Positions 1-7,706 of a DNA stretch of 64,000 bases are shown one piece after another. Every line of letters begins with the position of its first letter. The first letter of the stretch is position 1. The stretch spans positions 5,013 through 69,012 of the forward strand of contig JAXIPC010000094.1 of the NCBI GenBank assembly GCA_045403135.1, written 5' to 3'. This DNA is from Gemmatimonadales bacterium (GTDB lineage Bacteria; Gemmatimonadota; Gemmatimonadetes; Gemmatimonadales; GWC2-71-9). A program made the position numbers and the translations under genes. The notes under the pieces were generated by a model. That model was not told where the DNA came from. It saw only the letters and a program-made list of their open reading frames with translations, and did not search any database.

Positions 1-1
1 A

Positions 2-382
2 GACCTCTCCGGCCCTACCGCCATGAAGGCGATCGCCGCGTACCTGCGTGAGCGGGGTCTTGGGGTGTCCGCGTTCTACGTCTCGAACGTCGAGATGTAC
101 CTCTTCCGGCAGGGGAGTTTTCCCCAGTACGCCGACAACGTTCGCGCGCTGCCGTCGCTCCCGGGCGCCGTGATCGTGCGCAGCTCGTTCGGCCGGGGCT
201 GGCGGGGCGGGGAGCCCGGCCCGCTGCCGCAGCCGCAGCCCGGGCACTTGAGCGTGCAGCTCATGCAAACCTTCGCGAGTTTCCTGGCACTCACGATCCA
301 TCCCGACAGCATCGGCTACTGGGACATCCTGACCAACAGTACCGTGGACCTGCTCCAGCCCGCGGCGCGGCCTCCCCACTGA
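2..382 (+). CDS. hypothetical protein, C-terminal fragment (gene begins upstream of window)
   Basis: The frame is open from the window edge through track ORF 23..382 (..FYVSNVEMYLFRQG..). No family recognised. The call rests on length and tight same-strand packing with the next gene. Confidence 0.4.
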   Translation, partial: DLSGPTAMKAIAAYLRERGLGVSAFYVSNVEMYLFRQGSFPQYADNVRALPSLPGAVIVRSSFGRGWRGGEPGPLPQPQPGHLSVQLMQTFASFLALTIHPDSIGYWDILTNSTVDLLQPAARPPH

Positions 383-396
383 CCGGTTTTCCCACC

Positions 397-840
397 ATGA
401 CCCAGACGTCCACAGCACCCGAGGCCGAGCGGCTGGACGGGATCGTCACCCTCCGAGGCAGCACCGCCTGTCGGCAGTGGAACGGCATCCGGTATCTCGG
501 CGGCCTCTCCGGTGCCAACGCCGGCGCCACCAGGCTCTCGATGAACGTGGCGACGATTCCGCCCGGCGGGGTGGCGTACGCGCATGTGCATGTCGACTTC
601 GAAGTGATGCTGTTCATTCTGGAGGGACGGGTGCGGCACCGCTACGGCGAAGGGCTGGGACAAAGCCTTGACAACGGCGCCGGCGACTTCATCTACATCG
701 AGCCCGGGGTGCCCCACGAGGTTTACAATCTGAGCGACACGGAGCCGGTCGTGGCGGTGGTCGCGCGGTCCGACGCCTCCGAGTGGTCCAATATCGAGAA
801 CTATCCCAGCGAGCGGCGGGTGCGGGACGGCGCCCCATGA
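397..840 (+). CDS. cupin domain protein
   Basis: 147 aa with cupin barrel motifs GGVAYAHVHVDFEVMLFILEG and GDFIYIEPGVPHEVYN. The stop overlaps the next start (ATGA at 837-840). Confidence 0.8.
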   Translation: MTQTSTAPEAERLDGIVTLRGSTACRQWNGIRYLGGLSGANAGATRLSMNVATIPPGGVAYAHVHVDFEVMLFILEGRVRHRYGEGLGQSLDNGAGDFIYIEPGVPHEVYNLSDTEPVVAVVARSDASEWSNIENYPSERRVRDGAP

Positions 841-1601
841 CGCCGTGGGTGCTCCGGCTGGTCCTCGCGAACGTGGCGGTGTTCTTCCTGCAGGACTCCC
901 TACCGGCGATGGTGGACGCGATGGTGTTCAGGCCCTCCACCGTCCTGCGCGAACCCTGGACCGTCGTGACCTACATGTTCCTGCACGGCGGCTTCGGGCA
1001 CATCTTCTTCAACATGCTCTCCCTGTTCTTCTTTGGTCCCCGAGTCGAGGACCGGCTGGGCGGGAAAGCGTTTCTGGGTCTGTATTTCGCGAGCGGCATC
1101 ATGGGAGCGCTGCTCTCGATCCCGTTCAGCGGCGCCGGCATCATCGGCGCATCGGGAGCGGCCTTCGGAGTGCTGCTTGGCTATGCCTGGTTCTGGCCCC
1201 GGGACCAGATGCTGATTTGGGGGATCATTCCAATCGAGGCGCGGTACATGGTGCTGATCATGACAGCGGCCTCGCTGTACTTCGGTTTCGGCGGCAGCGG
1301 GGGCGGAGGGATCGCCCACTTTGCCCACCTGGGCGGGTTTGTTGGCGGGTACCTCTTTCTCCGCTTCCTGCAGCGTCAGAGCGGCAGCGAGCGATTCAAG
1401 CGCAGGCTTCAGCCGATCGCGCCGAAAATAGAAACCACCGCCGGCGCGATGGACCGCTGGAAGAGGATCAAGCGGGACGGCTTGCACGAAGTGAACCGCG
1501 ACGAGCTGGACCGGATTCTCGACAAGATCAGCGCATCGGGAATCGCGAGCCTCACTCCCGGAGAGCGGGAGTTCCTCGACCGGTTCAGCGCGCGACACTG
1601 A
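837..1601 (+). CDS. rhomboid family intramembrane serine protease
   Basis: Multi-TM protein with catalytic GASGAAFG (GxSG) and HFAHLGGFVGG His motif. ATG 837 (MTPWVLRLVLANV..) is preferred over track start 783 because it forms an ATGA overlap with the cupin stop and sits just before the first TM. Confidence 0.88.
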   Translation: MTPWVLRLVLANVAVFFLQDSLPAMVDAMVFRPSTVLREPWTVVTYMFLHGGFGHIFFNMLSLFFFGPRVEDRLGGKAFLGLYFASGIMGALLSIPFSGAGIIGASGAAFGVLLGYAWFWPRDQMLIWGIIPIEARYMVLIMTAASLYFGFGGSGGGGIAHFAHLGGFVGGYLFLRFLQRQSGSERFKRRLQPIAPKIETTAGAMDRWKRIKRDGLHEVNRDELDRILDKISASGIASLTPGEREFLDRFSARH

Positions 1602-1622
1602 TCCGACGATCCGGAGGGTTTT

Positions 1623-2003
1623 ATGCCACGCCCGATCCATTTCGAAATCCACGCCGACGAGCCGGAGCGTGCCGTCGCGTTTTATCAGAAGCTCTTCGGG
1701 TGGGAGTTCACCCCCTGGGGCGGGCCGATGCCGTACTGGATCATCAAGACGGGTGAAGGCCCGGGCATCGACGGCGGACTGGTGCCACGGCGGGGCAGCC
1801 TGACGCCGGATGCGCCGGTGATCGCCTATGTGTGCACGATCGAGGTGGCCGCCCTCGACGACCACCTCGCCAAGGCGGTGTCCCTGGGCGGCGAGATCGC
1901 GCTGCCGAAGCAACCGATTCCGGGGGTCGGGTGGCTGGCGTACGCCAAGGACACCGAGGGGAACGTCTTTGGCCTCATGCAGAACGACCCCGCGGCGGCC
2001 TAG
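1623..2003 (+). CDS. VOC family (glyoxalase/bleomycin-resistance fold) protein
   Basis: 126 aa. MPRPIHFEIHADEPERAVAFYQKLFGWEF.. and ..AYAKDTEGNVFGLMQ are typical of the VOC fold. GGAGGG RBS lies just upstream. Confidence 0.85.
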   Translation: MPRPIHFEIHADEPERAVAFYQKLFGWEFTPWGGPMPYWIIKTGEGPGIDGGLVPRRGSLTPDAPVIAYVCTIEVAALDDHLAKAVSLGGEIALPKQPIPGVGWLAYAKDTEGNVFGLMQNDPAAA

Positions 2004-2941
2004 GGCGGCGCCGGCGGACCCGTCGCCACCGGCAGCTCGGGCCGGCCGGCCCACTCGTTCATCGACCCGTCGTAGAGGCGGACCTGGTAGCCCAGGAGTC
2101 GTCCCACGAAGTACAGCACGCTCGCGCGGCTGCCGACTCGGCAATAGGTGACGAGCGCCTTGCCGGGTGTGGCGCCCACGCCTGCCAGTAGCTGGCGGAG
2201 CGCGCCCGGCTCGAGGAACTTCCCATCGGCAATCGTCGCGGTCCAATTCAGATTGACCGCACCCGGAATGTGCCCCGGCCGCGCGACCGCCTCCTCCGTC
2301 CGGGTTCCCTCGTATTCCTCTTTGGTGCGGGTGTCGAGCAACACCACCAGGGAGTCACGCCGGCGGGCGTCGACCCATTGCGCGTCGGCCAGCAGCTCGG
2401 GCCGCGGAGTGAGGGAGAGGCTGGTTCGGACCGGCGCCGGAGTCGGCTCGGCGGTGACCGGCCCTCCGGTCGCGCGCCACGCGGCCAGCCCGCCGTCCAG
2501 CACCGTTACCCGCTCCCCCAGCCCGAGATAGTCCAGGGTGAAGAAGAGGCGGGTGACCGGGAGGGTTTCGCCGTAGAGAACGATCCGGCCCCGTTCGCCC
2601 ACTCCCAGGGTCCCCAGCAGCGAATCCAGCTGCGCGAGGGACGGCAGCTCGGTGAGGATCTCACCGCGCCGGACGGTGAGGCTGCCCATGGCGACGAAGC
2701 GCGCACCGGCGATGTGCGCCGAGTCGAACGCGGCCCGGTTCGAGCTGGGGCTGAGCACCACGAGGTTCGAATCGGACCGATGCCGCCTGGCCCATTCCGC
2801 CGACACCAGGGGTCCCGGCGGCGGCTCGCGCTCGCCGCAGCCGTCCTGGGCTCCGGCTCCAGGAGGCACCATCGAGAGGATCGCCAGGCCGCCGAGCACC
2901 GCGCCGGACCCGGATCGCCAGAGTCGCATCGGGTGTCTCAT
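2000..2941 (-). CDS. secreted two-domain rhodanese (thiosulfate/3-mercaptopyruvate sulfurtransferase family), paralogue 1
   Basis: Start taken at MRHPMRLW.. (cat at 2939-2941), an ATGA overlap with the upstream stop. Hydrophobic N-terminus, tandem rhodanese domains, catalytic loop YCRVGSRAS. The longer track ORF (to 3349) overlaps paralogue 2 in another frame. Confidence 0.85.
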   Translation of the reverse strand: MRHPMRLWRSGSGAVLGGLAILSMVPPGAGAQDGCGEREPPPGPLVSAEWARRHRSDSNLVVLSPSSNRAAFDSAHIAGARFVAMGSLTVRRGEILTELPSLAQLDSLLGTLGVGERGRIVLYGETLPVTRLFFTLDYLGLGERVTVLDGGLAAWRATGGPVTAEPTPAPVRTSLSLTPRPELLADAQWVDARRRDSLVVLLDTRTKEEYEGTRTEEAVARPGHIPGAVNLNWTATIADGKFLEPGALRQLLAGVGATPGKALVTYCRVGSRASVLYFVGRLLGYQVRLYDGSMNEWAGRPELPVATGPPAPP

Positions 2942-3828
2942 CGATCCGAGCGCGGTGCGGTGCCGCGCACCATCGGCAGCTCGGGCTTGCGGCTCCACTC
3001 GCTCATCGAGCCGTCGTAGATCCGGGGCCGCCATCCCAGGTACCTCGCCACGAAATACAGGTGGCTGGCGCGGAGTCCGATCGTGCAATACGTGACGAGC
3101 CGGCTGCCGTCCGTCACACCCGCGCTTTCGAAGAGCCGGCGCAGCTCCGACTTCGGCTTGAGCCGGGAGGGATTGCCCTCCAGCGCTCCGGCCTCGTCGG
3201 TGAAGGTCTTTTCCCACGGCAGATTCACTCCGCCGGGAATATGACCAAATCGCGGCAGCCGTTCCGAAGAATCGGTGGCGGCGTACTCGCCTGGGGAGCG
3301 CCCATCGATCAGCGCCAGGGCGGGATCGGTCAGGTGCGCCTCGAGCCACCCGGCCCCGACCACGATCTCGGGGTGGCCGCGGGTGGTGACCTGACCGCGG
3401 GACCAGACCGGGGTCTGATTGGACTCGAGCCCGCCCGCCGCGCGGTAGGCCGCCAGCCCGCCGTCCAGCAGCGCGATGCGATCGGCCAGGCCGGCGTAGT
3501 CCAGCGCAAGGAACACCCGCGGCGCCATCCAGGTGTCGCCGTAGTAGACGATTCGCGACCGGTCAGTGACGCCAAGGCCCTCCAGCACCGAATCGATGGC
3601 TTCGAGCGACGGAATCTCGGTGCCCGGCGGGCCGTTCTGGATGAGGACGTGCGGGTCGAGCCAGCGGGCGCCGGACACGTGGGCCCGGTCATACTCCGCC
3701 CTGTCCATGGACACGTGGAGAATCACCAGGTCCCGGTCGGTGCGATGGACCGCCAGCCAGGCCGCGGAGATCAGCATGGAATCGGCGGCCGGGGCCGCCA
3801 GCAGCGCTGCCAGCACGAGGGACAGCAT
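2938..3828 (-). CDS. secreted two-domain rhodanese, paralogue 2
   Basis: Start taken at MLSLVLAALLAAPAADS.. (3828), 2 nt after the upstream stop. Tandem rhodanese domains, catalytic loop YCTIGLRAS. Confidence 0.85.
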   Translation of the reverse strand: MLSLVLAALLAAPAADSMLISAAWLAVHRTDRDLVILHVSMDRAEYDRAHVSGARWLDPHVLIQNGPPGTEIPSLEAIDSVLEGLGVTDRSRIVYYGDTWMAPRVFLALDYAGLADRIALLDGGLAAYRAAGGLESNQTPVWSRGQVTTRGHPEIVVGAGWLEAHLTDPALALIDGRSPGEYAATDSSERLPRFGHIPGGVNLPWEKTFTDEAGALEGNPSRLKPKSELRRLFESAGVTDGSRLVTYCTIGLRASHLYFVARYLGWRPRIYDGSMSEWSRKPELPMVRGTAPRSDR

Positions 3829-3830
3829 GC

Positions 3831-4727
3831 TCACTCCGGCTTGGCGGCGGCCGGGCCCTGGATCGGCAGATCCCCGCGTTTCACCCAGTCCTGGAAGGAA
3901 CCGTCGTACATCTTCGCGTCGAAACCCAGGAGGCGGGCGGCAAACCATACCAGCGACGCCTGCTGCCCGATATGACAATAGGTCACGACGGTCTGTCCAT
4001 CGACCACGCCGGCGTCGGCGAACTGCTGCTGGAGCAGCGCCGCGCTCCGGATCTTGCCGGCCGAATCCACCATCGTCGTGAAGGGCAGGCTGGCCGCGCC
4101 GGGAATGTGGCCGCTGCCGCCCTGACTGGCCCTGCTGCCGTTGTAAAAGACCGTATCGCGGGCATCCACGATCCGCACGCTCCGGTCCTCGAGGTGGGCC
4201 TTCACGTAGTCGGCATCCGCGACGACCGCCGGGTTAGGGCGCACGGTGAACCGCCCCGGCGCCGGCGTGGGAAGCGCGGTGGACACCGGTCGCCCTTCCT
4301 TGGTCCACAGCTCGAGCCCGCCGTCCAGGATCGACACCCGCCCCGCCAGGCCGGCGTATTCCAGGGTGAAGAGGGTGCGCGAGGTAGGCGAGAAGTACTC
4401 GCGGGCCCAGTACAGCACCACCCGGGAATCGTTGGAGATCCCCTTGGCCTCCAGCACCGAATCCAGCACGGCGGGACTCGGCAGCTCGAGGCTCAGCGTC
4501 CCCTCGACCCGCGGGGTGGAAAGTTCCGAGAACGGATTGAGGAACTGGGCCCCGGGGATGTGGCCCTCGTCATAGGCCGGGCGGGAGTTCTGATCGCCGA
4601 TCTGAAAGACCACCAGGCCCGGGTCGTTGAGATGCTGCGCCAGCCAGGTCGTGGTCACCAGCAGCGGCTCCGCGGCACGGGGCGTGGGCGGGCCAAGGGT
4701 CAAGGCAGCCAGGGTGAGCAGGATCAT
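3831..4727 (-). CDS. secreted two-domain rhodanese, paralogue 3 (first gene of operon)
   Basis: 298 aa, MILLTLAALTLGPPTPRAAEP.. signal-like N-terminus, catalytic loop YCHIGQQAS. Strong AAGGAGGA RBS 5 nt upstream of the ATG. Confidence 0.9.
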   Translation of the reverse strand: MILLTLAALTLGPPTPRAAEPLLVTTTWLAQHLNDPGLVVFQIGDQNSRPAYDEGHIPGAQFLNPFSELSTPRVEGTLSLELPSPAVLDSVLEAKGISNDSRVVLYWAREYFSPTSRTLFTLEYAGLAGRVSILDGGLELWTKEGRPVSTALPTPAPGRFTVRPNPAVVADADYVKAHLEDRSVRIVDARDTVFYNGSRASQGGSGHIPGAASLPFTTMVDSAGKIRSAALLQQQFADAGVVDGQTVVTYCHIGQQASLVWFAARLLGFDAKMYDGSFQDWVKRGDLPIQGPAAAKPE

Positions 4728-4800
4728 GGAATCCTCCTTGGGTCAGCCGGTGCGGTCTTGGGGTTCAAGGTAGACGATACGTGTGCTCCGGCCAGCGGGT

Positions 4801-4850
4801 TGCAGGGACCGGCGGTCCGGTGCAGCGAAACCCTCCGTCAATGCAGCGAA
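4801..4850 (-). promoter_or_regulatory. candidate LytTR operator: three phased 9-bp direct repeats upstream of the rhodanese operon
   Basis: TGCAGGGAC (4801-4809), TGCAGCGAA (4821-4829), TGCAGCGAA (4842-4850), read on the + strand. Spacing is 20 and 21 bp, with a 12-nt spacer between the identical pair. Located 74-123 nt upstream of ATG 4727. Confidence 0.5.
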
Positions 4851-4858
4851 CGGGGCGG

Positions 4859-5641
4859 CTAGAGCGGCTGCCCGAGCCTGGATTCGAGCTCGGCCCGCCT
4901 GCCGCGGCTGAGCTTCAGCTTGGTCCCGTCGCGCAGCAGGACCACGTGCTCGCCCCTGAAAAAGGGCGAGAGCTCGGTTACCCGATCGAGGTTGACGATG
5001 GCCGAGCGGTGAACCCGGAAGTAGCGGGCCGGATCGAGGCGGGTTTCCAGAGCCTGCAACGACTCCCGCATCACGTGGACTTTGCCCTGCACGTGCAGCT
5101 TGACACAGTAGTCCGCCGCCTCGATCCAGTCGATCTCATCGACCCGGACCAGGACCGCCCGGCCGCCGGTCTTGACCACGATGCGGCTGAGCCAACCGCC
5201 CGCCGGTATTCCGCCCGCGAACCGCTCCAGGAGGCCGCTCAGGCGATCGTTGAGCGTACCGCTCCGCGTGTCGCGGATGGCCGCCTTGGCGCGGGCTACG
5301 GCCTCGGCAAAGCGGGCATCGTCGAAGGGCTTGACCAGGTAGTCGATCGCGTGCACGTCGAACGCCCGTACCGCGAAGTGGTCGTAGGCGGTGATGAAGA
5401 CCACGGCCGGGCGCTCGCCCGGCTCGAGGCGCCGGAGCAACTCGAACCCGTCGAGCTCCGGCATCTGGACGTCGAGCAGCACCAGGTCGGGGCGGAGCGA
5501 GCGGATCGCGGCCAGCGCGCCGGCCCCGTCGCCGCACTCGCCGACCACGTCGAGCTCGGGATCCCGGCCCGCCAGCTCGGCGACGCCGCTGCGCGCCAGC
5601 GGCTCGTCATCCACTATCAGTACCCGGAGCGGACGGCTCAT
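4859..5641 (-). CDS. LytR/AlgR family response regulator (REC + LytTR DNA-binding domain)
   Basis: MSRPLRVLIVDDEPLAR..DLVLLDVQMPELDG receiver, C-terminal LytTR (..YFRVHRSAIVNLDRV..). The start overlaps the kinase stop (ATGA at 5638-5641). The 581-aa track ORF is an artefactual upstream extension. Confidence 0.9.
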   Translation of the reverse strand: MSRPLRVLIVDDEPLARSGVAELAGRDPELDVVGECGDGAGALAAIRSLRPDLVLLDVQMPELDGFELLRRLEPGERPAVVFITAYDHFAVRAFDVHAIDYLVKPFDDARFAEAVARAKAAIRDTRSGTLNDRLSGLLERFAGGIPAGGWLSRIVVKTGGRAVLVRVDEIDWIEAADYCVKLHVQGKVHVMRESLQALETRLDPARYFRVHRSAIVNLDRVTELSPFFRGEHVVLLRDGTKLKLSRGRRAELESRLGQPL

Positions 5642-6744
5642 GCGAGTCTCACCCGGTAGGGAAGGATGACGGTGGCGAGCGCGCCCCCGCCCGGCGGTTC
5701 CACCAGGGTGAGGCTCTGTTCGGACCCATACAAATGCTCCAGCCTTGCCCGCACGTTTCGGAGTCCGATGCCCTGGGTGCCGGCGCCCGCACGGTTCGGC
5801 CCGGGACCGTCGTCCTTCACCGTGAGCGTCAGGGTACCGTTGCCGGACCGGGCCTCGATGTCGAGCTGGCCCGCCGCGGCGCGGCGGGAGATGCCGTGCT
5901 TGATCGCGTTCTCGACCAGCGGCTGGAGGACAAGGTTCGGGACCAGCCCGTCGAGCGCCTTGGGATCGGTTTCGATCCGGACCTGAAGCCGGTCCTGAAA
6001 CCGGAGCCGTTCCACGGTGAGGTAGCGGTCGAGGAATGCCAGCTCCTCGCGGAGCGACACTTCCTGCGGCGGATGATCGTCCAGGAACGAGCGCATCAGG
6101 TCGCTCAAGCCGGCGATCATCGTCACCGCGGTCGCGTTGTCGTTCCGGCGCACCAGCATGGCGATGCTGTTCATCGCGTTGAAGAGGAAGTGCGGATTGA
6201 GCTGGGCCCGGAGGGCCTTGAGCCTCGCTTCGGCCAGCTCGATGCCGAGCGCCGCGGCGGCCATCTGCTCGCGCCGGGCACGCCGGGTGGACTCGGCCGC
6301 GATGACGACCCCCAGAATCGCCGCGTAGGCCAGGAGATTCATCGGGAGCTGCCAAAAGGCGCGGCCGACCGACATCCGGGTGAAGAGGCCGACGCTGCTG
6401 TGCCGGATCCCGAAACCGTGCTGGATGCCCATCTCCAGCAACGAATGCGCCAGAATGACTCCCAACGCGATGATCAGATGCACCGGCGCGTGAGCGAGCC
6501 AGCGTTCCGCGCTCAATGGAAAGCGGCGGGCTGCCGCGGTGACCAGGGGAAGGAAGAGCGCCCAGAGATACCAATACGGCATCCCCATGCCGAGCGCATG
6601 CCACACGTTGATGGGGCCGCCGTCGGCCCGCATGACGATGTTGTGTTGCCCCGACGCGATGAGACCGAGGAAGGTCGCGACGATAAAGACCTGTACTGCC
6701 GTGCTCCGTCCGAGGGGCGGTCCGTCAGACACCTGAGGGGGCAT
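5638..6744 (-). CDS. LytS/YehU-type sensor histidine kinase
   Basis: N-terminal multi-TM sensor region, His_kinase motif LNPHFLFNAMNSI, HATPase motifs ENAIKHG, DDGPG, GIGLRNVRARL. Confidence 0.9.
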   Translation of the reverse strand: MPPQVSDGPPLGRSTAVQVFIVATFLGLIASGQHNIVMRADGGPINVWHALGMGMPYWYLWALFLPLVTAAARRFPLSAERWLAHAPVHLIIALGVILAHSLLEMGIQHGFGIRHSSVGLFTRMSVGRAFWQLPMNLLAYAAILGVVIAAESTRRARREQMAAAALGIELAEARLKALRAQLNPHFLFNAMNSIAMLVRRNDNATAVTMIAGLSDLMRSFLDDHPPQEVSLREELAFLDRYLTVERLRFQDRLQVRIETDPKALDGLVPNLVLQPLVENAIKHGISRRAAAGQLDIEARSGNGTLTLTVKDDGPGPNRAGAGTQGIGLRNVRARLEHLYGSEQSLTLVEPPGGGALATVILPYRVRLA

Positions 6745-6785
6745 CGCGGGAAGCTACTCCCCGGTCGCCCATCCAGAAAGGAATC

Positions 6786-6835
6786 TGCAGGGAACCCGGC
6801 CGCTGGCGCGGCCAACGGCATTCCGGTGCAGGGAA
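6786..6835 (-). promoter_or_regulatory. candidate autoregulatory LytTR sites upstream of the kinase gene
   Basis: TGCAGGGAA at 6786-6794 and 6827-6835 (41 bp apart). Same orientation and near-identical to the repeats at 4801-4850. Located 42-91 nt upstream of the kinase ATG (6744). Confidence 0.4.
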
Positions 6836-6946
6836 TGGCACCGCTGCCGTTCCCTCACCTGCCGGTCATCGATCTGTCATCCGTTGCAGACGACGGAGAC
6901 AGGTGCGCCCGGTTGATTTGGAGGTGACCCTTTCAGCGAGATATCC

Positions 6947-7636
6947 ATGTTCGACGAACTGGTGAGCTCCAGGATCAAGCGCGAGGTGGCTCCGGCGCGG
7001 GGGCTGATGGTGGCGGCAATTCACGGAGTGTTGATTGCCGGGGCAATCCGGGCCACCACGGCGCCGCCGCCCGCGCCGCCGCGACCCCGGATCGACACCA
7101 CGATTTTCATCACGGAGCCCGTCCGTCAGACCCCCGACGTGCCGAGCGGTCCCTCGACTCCGGGCAGTGTGGAGGTCTTGATCCGGCCATCCGAGCTGCC
7201 CCTCGCACCAGTCGACGTGCCGACGACACTCCCCCCGATCACTCCGGGGCCCCGGCTCGACCCGGCCCGGCTCCGGCAGGTCATGAGTGTAGGAGGCCCC
7301 GGCCCAACCCGCGGCGACTCGAGCAGCCGCGATGGCGTGCTTGCCGCGGCCGAGGTGGATCAACCCGCCGAGGCCATCCATCAGCCCAAGCCGAGGTACC
7401 CGCCGGTGCTGCAGCAGGCGGGCATCGAGGGCCGGGTGCTGGTCGAGTTCATCATTGACACGCTGGGGCACGTCGAGCCGACGTCGCTTCGGGTGGTCGA
7501 GAGCAGCAACACAGGCTTCGAGGCGGCGGCAGGGGAGACGCTGCGGCGTTCGGTGTTCCGTCCCGCCCGAGTGCAGGGACGTCCGGTGCGCCAGCGCGCG
7601 ATCCAGGCAGTCGCGTTTCGGATCACGCCGAATTGA
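6947..7636 (+). CDS. energy transducer TonB family protein
   Basis: N-terminal membrane anchor, Pro-rich linker (APPPAPPRPR), C-terminal TonB domain (PRYPPVLQQAGIEGRVLVEFIID..G). Confidence 0.85.
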   Translation: MFDELVSSRIKREVAPARGLMVAAIHGVLIAGAIRATTAPPPAPPRPRIDTTIFITEPVRQTPDVPSGPSTPGSVEVLIRPSELPLAPVDVPTTLPPITPGPRLDPARLRQVMSVGGPGPTRGDSSSRDGVLAAAEVDQPAEAIHQPKPRYPPVLQQAGIEGRVLVEFIIDTLGHVEPTSLRVVESSNTGFEAAAGETLRRSVFRPARVQGRPVRQRAIQAVAFRITPN

Positions 7637-7706
7637 AGGAGGCCAGGAAGCCCTGCAGCAGTCATCGCCGAAATGTTGTCATCGCGAGGGCCGCAGGCCC
7701 GCGGCG

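Noticed and set aside
783-836. Track start 783 for the rhomboid gene, and similar upstream-extended starts (9350, 14888, 14697, 16193, 32201, 49234, 60437, 63771)
   Set aside because: Each extension overlaps the preceding gene or lacks signal-peptide logic. Internal starts give ATGA/GTGA overlaps, RBS-like purine tracts or proper signal/lipobox N-termini.
4859-6604. 581-aa ORF that would fuse extra sequence to the LytTR regulator
   Set aside because: The upstream 321 codons overlap the histidine kinase gene in another frame and are Arg/Pro-rich. The receiver domain begins at MSRPLRVLIVDD (5641) with an ATGA overlap to the kinase stop.
6745-6946. The 200-nt and 150-nt intergenic regions (6745-6946 and 57138-57287) were checked for tRNA or small RNA genes
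   Set aside because: No acceptor-stem/T-loop (GTTCGAATC-like) pattern or cloverleaf symmetry is visible. The content is better explained as promoter/operator and terminator sequence.
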